Shown here piece by piece: positions 1-10,727 of a stretch of 64,000 nt of DNA. The DNA lies in NCBI GenBank assembly GCA_964035545.1, contig OZ037765.1, positions 28,891,504-28,955,503 of the forward strand, in the 5' to 3' direction. The stretch's first letter is position 1; each line of letters opens with the position of its first letter. The DNA is from Bugula neritina (lineage: Eukaryota; Animalia; Bryozoa). Made by a program: the position numbers and the translations under genes. A model generated the notes under the pieces. That model was not told the DNA's origin. It worked only from the letters and a program-made list of their open reading frames with translations, and searched no databases.

Positions 1-305
1 AGGTAAATCATCTCATTGTTATGCTATAGCAGCAGTTTATAATGATGCACACACTTGACATTTCTTGTTTATAGTTATTCACCCAGCTTATAGTGACCTT
101 ATTAATATACCCATATGCAGCATATAGCCAAATAACTCTCCTATACTGACAAATAATAATAGAATCTGTAACTAATATAGGATTTTTCATCCTAAACATA
201 TTTTGGTTAGCAGTTATTGATTACTCTTCAAATGCTGGCGAAATTATTTAAACTTCAAGCTGCAATTGGTAAGTTTTACTAATTATAATTTTGTATTGAA
301 AACAG

Positions 306-2112
306 ACTGGAACTGAGCAACAGCAGTCAACAGTCACATGAAAAATCACTGGTTCCGATTTCTGATGAACAGGGCAAAAAGATTTACCGTTGCCATGTTT
401 GCGAAAAAACATTTACAACTAAATTTGCAATGCAGAGACACTTGGATTTTCACGCTGGTGAGTTGCTTATGCAATCATTGCGACTTGTTAGTACATGAAG
501 TTATGTAAAATGTAGGACATTAACCTGTAATCTTTGAAAACTTTGAGAGTTATCCGCTCCTCCAAAACAATCTTGAGTAGCTTTTAAGTGGTTTAATATT
601 TACACTTGACATTTCTATTAAGAGTATGATAATGTATTTTCATGATGTTTTACATGACATATAACTATAAAGTAATATGCTTAACTGGGATTAAATAAAC
701 TCTTCTAATTTTAATTAAAAATGTGCATGTTCGCAAGTTTGCAATGCCCACTTCATGGTTTAGAATATACTATACACATATTTAATTTGAACATGTAATA
801 TGATTAGTATTAGTTACGTATAAATGGATTTATTGTCTATGTTTTTCTCAAATGCACTTTAATGTGAAAATTTTGAAAATGGCAAATGAGTATCAATTAG
901 AGCCATCTGAAACTTTAAAACTTGATTCTCCGTTTATATAGAATGTGCATACAGATATTTAATTTGTTGATGTATGTGCAACTTGTCTCAATATTCAGCA
1001 ATAGTTTAAATAATTATGTTATAATTTAAAAATAGCAAAGCAACTCATTAGTAATGAAGTAAAGTACCTCAAAGAACGAACAATTATAACTTGCATCTGA
1101 AAAGTGCAAGGTTTCAGTCCATTCCCTTGTTTGAAATTTGAGGGTTTGGAGTTGATCTACAAATTGGAAAGTGTGAAATAAGCTAGAGCGTGTTCACTTT
1201 TTATTACTGCAGAAGACAACTAAGCTTATAGAAGCTCTGGACTGTGACTTTACAAAAAGAAAATCAACATGTAATGTGCAGTACAAAAATGTAATTGATC
1301 TTTTTATAAGTATTAGAGAATTTATTTGTGGCACTGCTTGTAAGGAATACATTATTAAGTTATTTCTTGAGTTTCAGTATGCGAAATCTTGAAAGTTACT
1401 GTTTAGCAAATAACATGCACCATGTCAGTATAAACAATGACTACACCCAATACCATGATGTCAGGGATATTTATAGTCTTTCAAGGAGTTCAACTTGTCA
1501 ATTTAAACCCTTAGGGCTTAGGCTATAAACTTTCTCCCTGCTACACTTAAATGTCATACAATAAAGAGTTGGGCATGTTGTTTGTGCTGTTGCTAATAGT
1601 ACGTATCGTCTCACAATTTTTTACATGGGTGATTTTTCACATGTTTGTAGACAAACGGCCTTTCCAATGCGAGCAATGTAACTACAGAGCAAAAACTCGT
1701 CCCCAGTTGAAAGTACACGTTATGAGACACTCAGGTAAAGTATTCATTCTCGTTCTAGAATCTGTAATCTTGAGCCTGGTGTTGTCACATCACGTGCTGG
1801 TTACTGCAACACCAGAAGCTAATAAATCATTTAAAGTGTTACATGCAGTGCTTGCGTGCCATCCTCTCTATTAATTATTCTACACATGACATTTTAGGAC
1901 AGAAGGGCTTCAATTGTGCAACGTGCAACTACTCTTGTGTGACCCACTCCGATCTCAACCGTCATTGTAAATCTAGATCTCATTTATTCCGCGTAAGTTT
2001 ACTGGAGCAAAAAAGTCTACAAGCTCTCACTGCTAATGCTACAGCTACAACAGATGAAGCAGTCAACGAAGCTAATAACAATTCAACAGATCCAAACACT
2101 GGACATGACTAA
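306..2112 (+). CDS. C2H2 zinc-finger protein, 3' part only (exons about 306-457, 1651-1734, 1898-2112); 5' end lies outside the window
   Basis: Three phase-compatible GT-AG exons give YRCHVCEKTFTTKFAMQRHLDFHA-D-KRPFQCEQCNYRAKTRPQLKVHVMRHS-G-QKGFNCATCNYSCVTHSDLNRHCKSRSH, three tandem C2H2 fingers; TAA ends at 2112. Confidence 0.85.
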
Positions 2113-2531
2113 TAATGAAAAACTTGTATGACAATTTAAATACGAAGTATAAATATCATTCCTTTTACCACATATAATGTGTTGATATCCATGTGACCAG
2201 AAAGTTCTATAACAGTTCTATAACGCTGCACTTTAAAAAATTATTAATTTGTGCTTGTGTAACTTTGGAAATTATTTTCATTATATGTGCAATATTTGTA
2301 CCATGAGTAATACACAAATATGCATATCTGTAAGATTTAGTGATTTCAGAATAATCTCAATGTTGCTACAATAAATGGGGTGTGTTAAAGATAAATATGT
2401 TTTTTAATTTTGTATTTATTGTATAAGATTATGATATCAATTTGTAAAATAACTATTTTGTACATATCAATAAATACTGTATAAGAGTTTTATATTTGTA
2501 GTTTTATCAAATATTAAATAAAGTTATTCAA

Positions 2532-3300
2532 TTAAGTGGCATCTTCTGGAGTTTTAGGAAGCTTTAAACCAACCAAATTAGCCGCATCTTCAATACTACG
2601 TTCACCTTGACCCTTGTAACTTTCCAGCAGTTCCTACCAGTAAAGAAGGTACAAAATTGAGATGATATTTTGAGCATCACATGAATATCAAATAGAGGTT
2701 TATAAAACACACAATTTTGTATGTAGCAGTACAAGTATATATCTGTTTAATCAGAAGTTTCACTCATGATTATACCTGATGTAGTCTGGTGCTTCGCAGG
2801 TAACACAAGTAGCTTGATGCCTGGTGATATGCAGCTTTTGGATCCCTGCAAACTTTTTCTGGGGTTAATTGATAGGCGTGAAATTGCTGAACAACATGCT
2901 GATATGAGCTGTCAGTTATGGCTGCTCCCTATAATGAATACACTTAAATTTTGTTTGACATGCTAGCTAGTAGCACTGAAACACATCACCATAAAATTTA
3001 AGTTATCACTTTATCAAGTATATATATATATATATACATATAGAAATACTTGTGCTGCAATATAAAGACCAGATAGAAAGCGTGAGTTGTCCTCTTTTTT
3101 ATATAACAACTATAAATGCTGTGCCCATTGAATTTAAATAAGCCCGCACACGGACATAAGTTGAACTAAATTATTAACTTTATTCGAACCTCAAGTTTTA
3201 TTTAACCTAACCAGTGAATAAAGACTACACATTATACCTTTGGTAGAGCTCTTTTTAACTCTCGTAGAATGCCGACAAAAACACTCAACACCACCTTCAT
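2532..3300 (-). CDS. FMC1: Protein FMC1 homolog (mitochondrial complex V assembly factor, C7orf55), 105 aa; exons 3300-3238, 2928-2776, 2633-2532
   Basis: Not in the ORF track. Spliced translation MKVVLSVFVGILRELKRALPK-GAAITDSSYQHVVQQFHAYQLTPEKVCRDPKAAYHQASSYLCYLRSTRLHQ-ELLESYKGQGERSIEDAANLVGLKLPKTPEDAT* matches FMC1 motifs (LRELR, YLCxLRSxR, GxGERSxExxAxLVGLKLP). Both introns are GT-AG, phase 0. Confidence 0.9.
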
Positions 3301-3829
3301 TCCAAAATATATGTATGATGAAGAAAAGCACTGAATAATTCAATCTTTTAGGCAGGGTAGAGCATGAAGTACTCGTTAGAATCTTCCGCGTTGCTGTAAT
3401 GACAACATTCAGATTTAGTGACTGTAAAAAAGGACAACAATTATAGCAAAGCTAGAACAAAAAACTGAATCAGTGAGTTCATCATTATAAGTGAATGAAT
3501 TACAGTTAATTGTATATACTATTCAGTTTCAGCTTAATAATTAAATTATTAACTGAATGTGCAGAAATTCTCAACAGACAGCAATAGATGAATAGTAAAA
3601 CTAAATAGGGAATTAAACCACTGCAGGAATGCTAGGTTTAAGAGCTGGTAATTGTTTACATAAGCCGTGGGATGAGGTCATCACAATAATACTTTTACAG
3701 GAATGAGTCAATTATATCAAAAATTTATTGGTCATATTAATTGGACATTTTTCAAAATATAGTGAAAAAAAGCCAATGATTCACTAAGTTTAGTGACATT
3801 AATGAGCTGCAAAGGCAGTAGCAATAGTA

Positions 3830-4464
3830 ATAATATTAATTGCAATATTAATAACATTAACCCACGTCTAACACTGACAGTATCACACTAATAGTGATAA
3901 AAATGATTATAATATTAATTGTTATGCTTATAGTTATTGTGCATGTGTAAAACTAATACTATAAGTATATTATTGTAATCATGATAATGATAAGCAATAT
4001 GAATATCATAATCAAGTAATCAACATTGGTATACTCATAGTCATAGCTATTAGTATTACTTATTACACTTACAGTCACTGTTAGTGTGCTATCCATGGGC
4101 CATGGCAATGGCATTACATTTACTGATTAATAATCAGATTAGTAATTAAATATACTCAGTCAGTCTCATTAGTCATTACTGATTACATGATTACTGAGTC
4201 TGATCACTCAATTCGAATTAGTATTACTATTACTATTAGTATTAGCATTATTATTAGCATTACTATTACTATTACTGTATTAGTATTACTATTACTAATA
4301 CTAATAGTAATACTAATACTAATAGTTAGTAATGCTGATAGTAAAATATTAAATAACTAAAAGTGAAAATAATTAAGTTTAACTGATACTATTACTGAGT
4401 AATAGTAATAGTAGTAATAGTATTACTATTAGTATTACTCTATTAGTAATACTAATAGTAATAG
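3830..4464. repeat. AT-rich degenerate 3/6-nt periodic low-complexity tract (ATAGTA/TACTAT type); continues at 11966-12140 beyond the retrotransposon
   Basis: Runs such as tattactattactattagtattagcattattattagcattactattac and aatactaatagtaatactaatac. Confidence 0.75.
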
Positions 4465-4769
4465 TGTTATGTTTTTCAGATTTAGGGTTGATATGCTATC
4501 CAGAGAGTCTACTTATTTGCTATAGAACTGCACCAGGATAAGTCGAGTGAACGAGTATATTTTACACACAATTATACATTATAAAAACGATACAATACAT
4601 TCAGACAATTTACACATCTAATCTATTTGACACTCCAGCTTCGACTGCCTTAGCAGCGGGAAACTATAATTGCTGCTAACTATCAAATACGCTAATTGGC
4701 TATCCATTGTTCCGGGTCAATTACGCGACCCTACATGTTGTGCTGCTGGTAGTTCCACGAACCACCACA
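4465..4769 (-). repeat. 3' LTR (305 bp)
   Basis: TGTTATG...ACCACA on +; identical to 11661-11965 except C4636 vs T11832. Confidence 0.97.
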
Positions 4770-4780
4770 CCGCCCCCACC
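4770..4780 (-). other. Polypurine tract (plus-strand primer)
   Basis: GGTGGGGGCGG on the - strand, directly abutting the 3' LTR. Confidence 0.8.
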
Positions 4781-5061
4781 AGCAGAAAGCCCTCTTTCTG
4801 ATATATATAAAAAAAAACATTCATTAGTAGCCGCATACATCAGTGGACAAAACTAATACATAATATACAGGAAGAGACACAATAATAGGCAGAGTCATTA
4901 TAACAATCCGTTACCTACAATTGACCAGCTATAGACGAGGAATACCGGCTAGCTGTGGTATTAGACAGGGAATAACCTGTCAAGCAGTCAAGCATTTGCA
5001 CGAGGTCCTGGGTTCCCCCAAGAGAATGAAGTTGCGGATTATTCCGACAGCAGAACTAGAG

Positions 5062-5843
5062 TCATCGTTGGGCACGCCGGTGCTTGGCTTGGCATGTACG
5101 CAGTTTCCGTTTCATACGGCATACGGACCCCTTTAGCTGGAAGAGTCCTGTTGTAGTATTAAGTAGATCTGGTGCCAGCTGGGTGAATTCTTCTTGTAAT
5201 CGCAGGAGGCGTTCTTCTACTGTGGCCAGGCAGACTGGGTCTGGGGACGGTGTCCGTCTGCGGCGCAAGGGGGGACTGGGGGACCTGGTTCGTCTCTTCG
5301 TCGGGGTAGGGGAGATCTCTCCTTCTTCTGGATATGTAAACTCCTCGGGGGTGTATGTAATCTGAGGGCGGTCAGACACCAACGGGGATTGTTGGCGGGC
5401 GTTGTCTAATACACGTTGGAACCCCGAGGTCAGAACGGCTAACAGCATTGCCTTCTTCACCAGGGGTCGTATAAGTGTGAGGAACTCCGGGTAGAGCTTA
5501 GCGTCGACCACGTAGTTTTCTCCAGGGAAACAGCCCGTCGCTCGATGTCTGGTGACGGGGTAGGGATAAACATCATTGTACCCGCAGGGGCAGAATGTTA
5601 GTAGGAGATGAGCATTGACGTGTAGTTTCAGGGAGCGGTGAGAGGCGGATTCTTCACCACAAATCTGGCATCTCGTCCGTCCTCTGGACCCCCAGGCCGT
5701 TTCTATTTCTTCCTCGGTTTGTGGAGACACCCACCGCCAACGGCGGCGTAGTGGCTCAGGCCGGTCACCACTAGCATACTCCTCCGGATGCGGAGCGGGA
5801 AGTGTTCTATCCCGTACCCTGGTTGTAGCGGGTCGAGTGTAAT
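5062..5843 (-). CDS. Retrotransposon ORF3 main exon: zinc-finger / RSP-rich / coiled-coil accessory protein, predicted to be expressed by splicing
   Basis: 782-nt stop-free exon after the acceptor ACTTTTTCAG|AT. Encodes C-x2-C-x12-H-x3-H, then C-x-C-x12-H-x4-C, KRRTRSPSPPLRRRRTPSP and the heptad-like LATVEERLLRLQEEFTQL. No ATG near its 5' end, no signal peptide or TM segment evident. Confidence 0.8.
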
Positions 5844-6157
5844 CTGAAAAAGTTTCAACAGTGTTAATACAGTACACTGCCGTGTTGTCAGCTTGAATAG
5901 CTTGGCAACTCCTAATTCAGTTACCTCGTAGAGATTTGTGGTAGTGAATAGTCAGATGGAACACGTATTGCAATGAGATTATAAAAATCTCTAAGTCAAA
6001 CTGAGTTCTTACTACGGTATTTCACTAACCTATCTCCAGCTCGATTGACTCAGTGAGTCGGAGCTGAGTGATGCAATCTAGTTTCGTATTAAGATATAGT
6101 TAACTCACCCCACGATCTGTTGTCGTAAGACATACTGAATGTGTGAAATGGTTTGAA

Positions 6158-9100
6158 CTACTGCTTAGAAACACGTCTACTCCTGACTGCATTAGCGTAT
6201 GAAAAGATCGAGCAACGTGGTTGGGGTGCGTGATTAAGACTTTGTGCACCCGGCGGATGAATTTTGTTTCTATTTCCGCCGATACAAAAGTTGATATTTC
6301 CGTGGTGTTGACAACTCCCACATTTGCTCGATACTTTTCTCGTACGGTTTTCCCCTAGACTTTCATATACGCCGCTTTTAACGCAGTCGCATATGAAGTC
6401 CTTCAAGTATGCGGGGGGTTGCCTCGTACGCTGTCCCCTTTCTAGGGGGGGTGACACGCTTGCCGGTTCGTTAGTAGGGGCCTCTAATGGCGTCTCTACT
6501 TCACCGTTAGCGGTCACCTCTTCTTGTTCTCCGGATGGAGCCCCTCCCTCCGTGGGGGTTTGCACTTCCGGAACCGGTTCGGTTTCTGGAAGTGATGGAA
6601 TTAGACTTTGGCGGTGGCGGACACGCTTCTGTTGACAAAAGCTGCCGCTCCTCTCTCACCAAGTTTTCTTCCCGCGGTATGACCACTTCGTATTCAGGTC
6701 CATGCCGCCGTCGCCCGCGCGTTGTTGTCTGCCTCCTGGGCTCTAACAACGGGGGGCTTCTCCCACTCCGTCGGGGCTAGCCCAATACGGTTTCAAGCGA
6801 GACTCATTCTGGATAGACACCTGTCCTGAGCGCTCAATCTTGTACGTATGATTGGGCATAGCCTCGACGACCACGTAGGGGCCTACGAACTTAGGCTTCA
6901 GTTTATCAGCCTGTCCGCGACGCCTACGGTAATTGACCATCCACACCTTATCTCCCATTTGATAGAGGTGGTTCATCGGAATCTTCGTGCCGCACCTTCC
7001 ACTGCTGTTTGCGCAGTATATCGTGCGCGGCCTTCATCCGTTCCACTAGTTCACTGGCATACTCGTGAACCGAGTTGTCTTGCTCTGGAACGTGATAGGT
7101 GAGATGGTCCGGGACACGAGTCTCTCTCCCGAGCATCAAGAGGTTTGGGGTCTCACCAGTACTGGTGTGTGGGGTGCTACGGTATGCACGCATGACTTGC
7201 GGCAACACCGTATCCCATTCCTCTTGACCTCGTCCAAGGAGGAGACTCCGGAGTGCATCACCTAGCATCCGGTTGTTGCGCTCCACCACCCCGTTACCTT
7301 GAGGGTGGTAGGGGGTGGTCCTGCTCTGATTTACTCCCCAGAGGTGGCAAAGGTCGCTCATCAGTTGAGACTGGAATTGAGCGCCTTGATCAGAGTGTAT
7401 CTGTTCGGGGAGCCCGAAATAACAGAATACATGTTGGTCTAGTGCCCTGGCCACTGTTGGGGCTGACGCATCTGGGATAGCCAGAGCATCCGCCCACCTA
7501 GTAAAGTGGTCGGTTAGTACTAGGATCCAATTATTGTCTCTGGGGGTCAGGGGCATGGGTCCGACCAGGTCTACAGCGACGACTTGCCAGGGCCTACCAG
7601 CATATAGCCTCCGCCGTCCTGCTTCACCAGGGGGGCGGCTATGCTTACTGGCCTGGCAGATCTCACACTGTTTGACTCTGAGCCGGACGTCACGCTCCAT
7701 TTGTGGCCAATACCACCGGAGTCGTAATTTGGACATCACTCTCTTGACCCCTGCGTGGGCCTGTTTGTGAGTATCCCAAATCAACTCACGGCGGATGGCC
7801 GTGGGGCAGACTACCCTCTTCCTTTCCGGGTGTCTGCCGCTGGCAGCTAGAGAGATGGTTAGTAACCCATCCTGCCCGATCCGCAGCGAGTCCCAACGCT
7901 GACAGTATAGCCGGAACTCGGCGCATCCCTGTCGTATGCGTTCCTCGCTGGGTCGTCGCCCTTCCCTTTTGGCCCGGTATATGTCTGCCACGACTCCAGG
8001 CAGCTCTTCTTGGAGCTTCTTCAGCTCTCGAACATTACCGGCCAGTACAGGGTTGGCGCGGAGGTTTTGTACACCCTCCGGGGACTCATCAACTCCTTGC
8101 CTGAGTTGACCCTGGTCCCAGTCAAACGGTGCTCCGTGGTGAGCCAGCGTCTCCAACTCACATCGCGGGGGACCTCCATCCCTCCTCTCGATGTTGAGAC
8201 ACTGTTTGCAACCTCCGTCAGGTCGGCGACTCAACCCATCCGCATTGCTGTGTCTCTTGCCCGGTCGATGTTCGATCCGGTGTGAGAATTCAGCTAGGAT
8301 TTCGAGCCACCGGGCGACCTGACTAGAGGGCTCCGCTCTCTTGCACAACCAGATCAGCGAGGCATGATCCGTACGCAGCCGGAACTTCCTGCCATATAGG
8401 TATGGTCTGAAGTGCTTCACTGACTTGATTACTGCCAGCAGCTCCTTGCGGGTAGTGCAGTAGTTTCGTTCAGTGGGTGAGAGAGACTTGCTGTAGTAGG
8501 CTACTACTACTTCTCGGCCTTCCTGCACTTGCGACAGCACAGCGCCAACATTTTGGTCACTGGCGTCGGTGTCGAGGATGTACTCCAGAGTGGGGTCTGG
8601 GTAGGCCAAGATGGGCGCCGTTAGTAGGCAGCCCTTGAGGCGGTCGAACGCTTCTTGCTCGACTGGGGTCCACTGCCACGTCACTCCCTTTGCGGTGAGC
8701 CGGTTTAACGGCTGTGCTATGCCCGCAAAGTCTGGTATGTATTGTCTGTAATACCCTACCAGCCCCAAGAAAGCCCGGAGTCCGGTCAAGTCTTGGGGGG
8801 TGACCCAGTCTTCTATTGCCCGTACCTTCTCGGGATCCGTTGCCACGCCGTTTCGACCGACAACGTGCCCCAGGTACTTAACCTCTGGCTGCAATAGAGC
8901 GCACTTAGAAGGCTTGAGCTTAAGACCGGCACCTCGGAGTCTCTCAAAGACCTCCTGCAGACGACTGACATGTGTCTCGAAGTCTGGGGAGATCACGATG
9001 ACATCATCGAGGTAGATCAGCAGTGTCTTCCAATGGAGCCCGCTGAGGACTTGCTCCATCAGCCTCTGGAAGGTGGCTGGGGCGGAGGTCAACCCGAAAG

Positions 9101-10727
9101 GCAGCACCTTCCACTTCCACAAACCGTCCCGTGTGATAAACGCCGCTTTCTCTTGGGCGTCGGGACTCAGAGGAACTTGCCAATAGCCGCTTAGCAAGTC
9201 TAACGTACTGAAGTACTTGCTGCCGGCTAGGGCATCCAATGACTCGTCAATACGAGGTAGAGGGTAGGCGTCCTGTATGGTTACGCTATTGAGTTTGCGG
9301 TAATCCACACAGAACCGCCAACTGCCGTCTTTCTTCCGGACCAGTACGACTGGCGAGCTCCACGCACTATGGGCGGGCTCTATCAGTCCCCGGTCCAGAA
9401 GATCCCGTACTTGTCGGCTAACCTCCTTCTCTTTCTCCGGCCCCAGCCTGCGTGTGGGCTGCCGGACAGGGACTGGCCCTGCAGTCAGCGGTATTTCGTG
9501 TCTGACAATTCCAGTCAGTCCCACGTCATGCTCTCCGCTGCTGAACACATCACCGTAGTCGCGTAGTAACTTAGCCATAACTTGGCGTTCTCTGTTACTC
9601 GCGCAGCCGCTACAGGCTGTGTCATACAACTCCCGGAGATGTGCGGGGACTGCCCCTCGCCCTTGAGTAGGGCACTGAGGAAGTGCCTCTGTCGCATCAC
9701 CCAGCGACGGGCCTACGTCTTCCTCCTGAACAGAGTGAAAACGGCCCAGCATCGACCCAGCCGGGAGCTTGATAGACTCGGTAAAGGGGTTGACGCACTG
9801 CACTAAGATCTCCCCTTGCTCAGTCAGCTGATTCAGACTGCTGGCAAGTTGGATCTTTTCGTGCGCGCCTTCAACTACCCCGAGTCCAGAGATCCGGCTA
9901 TTATTCACCCTGCAGTGAATGGTAGCCCGGGAGCGGCCTGGTATGATACGGTTGCGTACCACTTGCACACCTCCCACTAAAGGGCGGCCGAACTTGTCGA
10001 CGCAGGCGAGTTCCCGCCCGGACATCATCATTGCAGATTTGCTAAAATCTATGTGACATCCGTGCCGTTTTAGGAATGGCATCCCGAGGATGGCGTCCTC
10101 CTTGAGCTGACTGACGATGAACGTCTCTTGGATCGTTTGATCACGGACTCGTCCCGTCAGCTCAATTATACCATAGAAGGGAAGGCACGACCCGTCAGCT
10201 AGGGTGCCGTACTCCCCTTCGTATGATTCCATCTCGCCCCTGACCCTAGCACTGAGGGTGTCGAAGAGTTGGCGGCTTAAGAGGTTCGTGGTACAGCCCG
10301 AATCAATGAGGAAAGTAACAGCTTTGCCTTCCAGTTTACCGGGCAAGAAATAGCTGTTCCCATAGGGCTGCACCTGAACTCTCTCTTCAGGCCTTACTCT
10401 CGCAGGGAGTACCTCCCTCGCTTTGGGTCGCGAAGGAGGTCTTTTGGGGCGGTGGTAGGTAGGCCTCGGGGGTGCCGAGGCTAGATTCCCGGCTACCTTT
10501 GTGGGCTCCCATCCAGATTCTTGGGCTTGTAGCCCTGCGAATCTGTTGTGAAGGGGCATAGAAAAGGCAGCCGCGGGGCGAAGCCCCTTGCTGGTTCGTC
10601 GTGGCTGTTGCCACTGTTGGTTGCCAGTACGCGGTACCCGTCTGGGTGACCTGCGTTTCTTCTTCCCTGGAGGTTTCATCGTCGGCCCGCAGGAGGTGGG
10701 AACATCTGCGGGCCGCGGTAGTTTAAC
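6158..10727 (-). CDS. pol: Pol polyprotein (protease, RT, RNase H, integrase), in the -1 frame relative to gag; integrase C-terminal tail broken by three frameshifts (about 6965, 6751-6756 and 6590-6640)
   Basis: PR LIDSGCT; RT WRFCVDYRKLN, LPFGL, YLDD; RNase H DAS..ELLAV..TDH; IN HKQAH..CEIC, AVD/SDQG/VER. GPY motif in ORF 6743-6976 and terminal RTRQPPAYLKDF motif in ORF 6158-6565. Confidence 0.95.
10663..10727 (-). promoter_or_regulatory. Candidate -1 programmed ribosomal frameshift signal (slippery heptamer plus hairpin/pseudoknot)
   Basis: G_TTA_AAC in the gag frame (10727-10721), 5-nt spacer, 10-bp stem CGGCCCGCAG/CTGCGGGCCG with a 13-nt loop; loop TTCCC can pair with downstream GGGAA (10667-10663). 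Confidence 0.75.

Noticed and set aside
211-268. Additional upstream exon of the zinc-finger gene
   Set aside because: It would need a 37-nt intron, and the only open frame ends in the wrong phase.
3086-3438. Apparent terminal inverted repeats GTTGTCCT(C)TTTTTT / AAAAAAAGGACAAC suggesting a MITE
   Set aside because: Short, partly homopolymeric, no TSD, and the interval contains FMC1 exon 1.
5062-5877. ORF3 as an envelope (env) gene
   Set aside because: The position fits, but no signal peptide, transmembrane helix or ectodomain is evident; zinc-finger and basic motifs point to a nuclear or nucleic-acid-binding protein.
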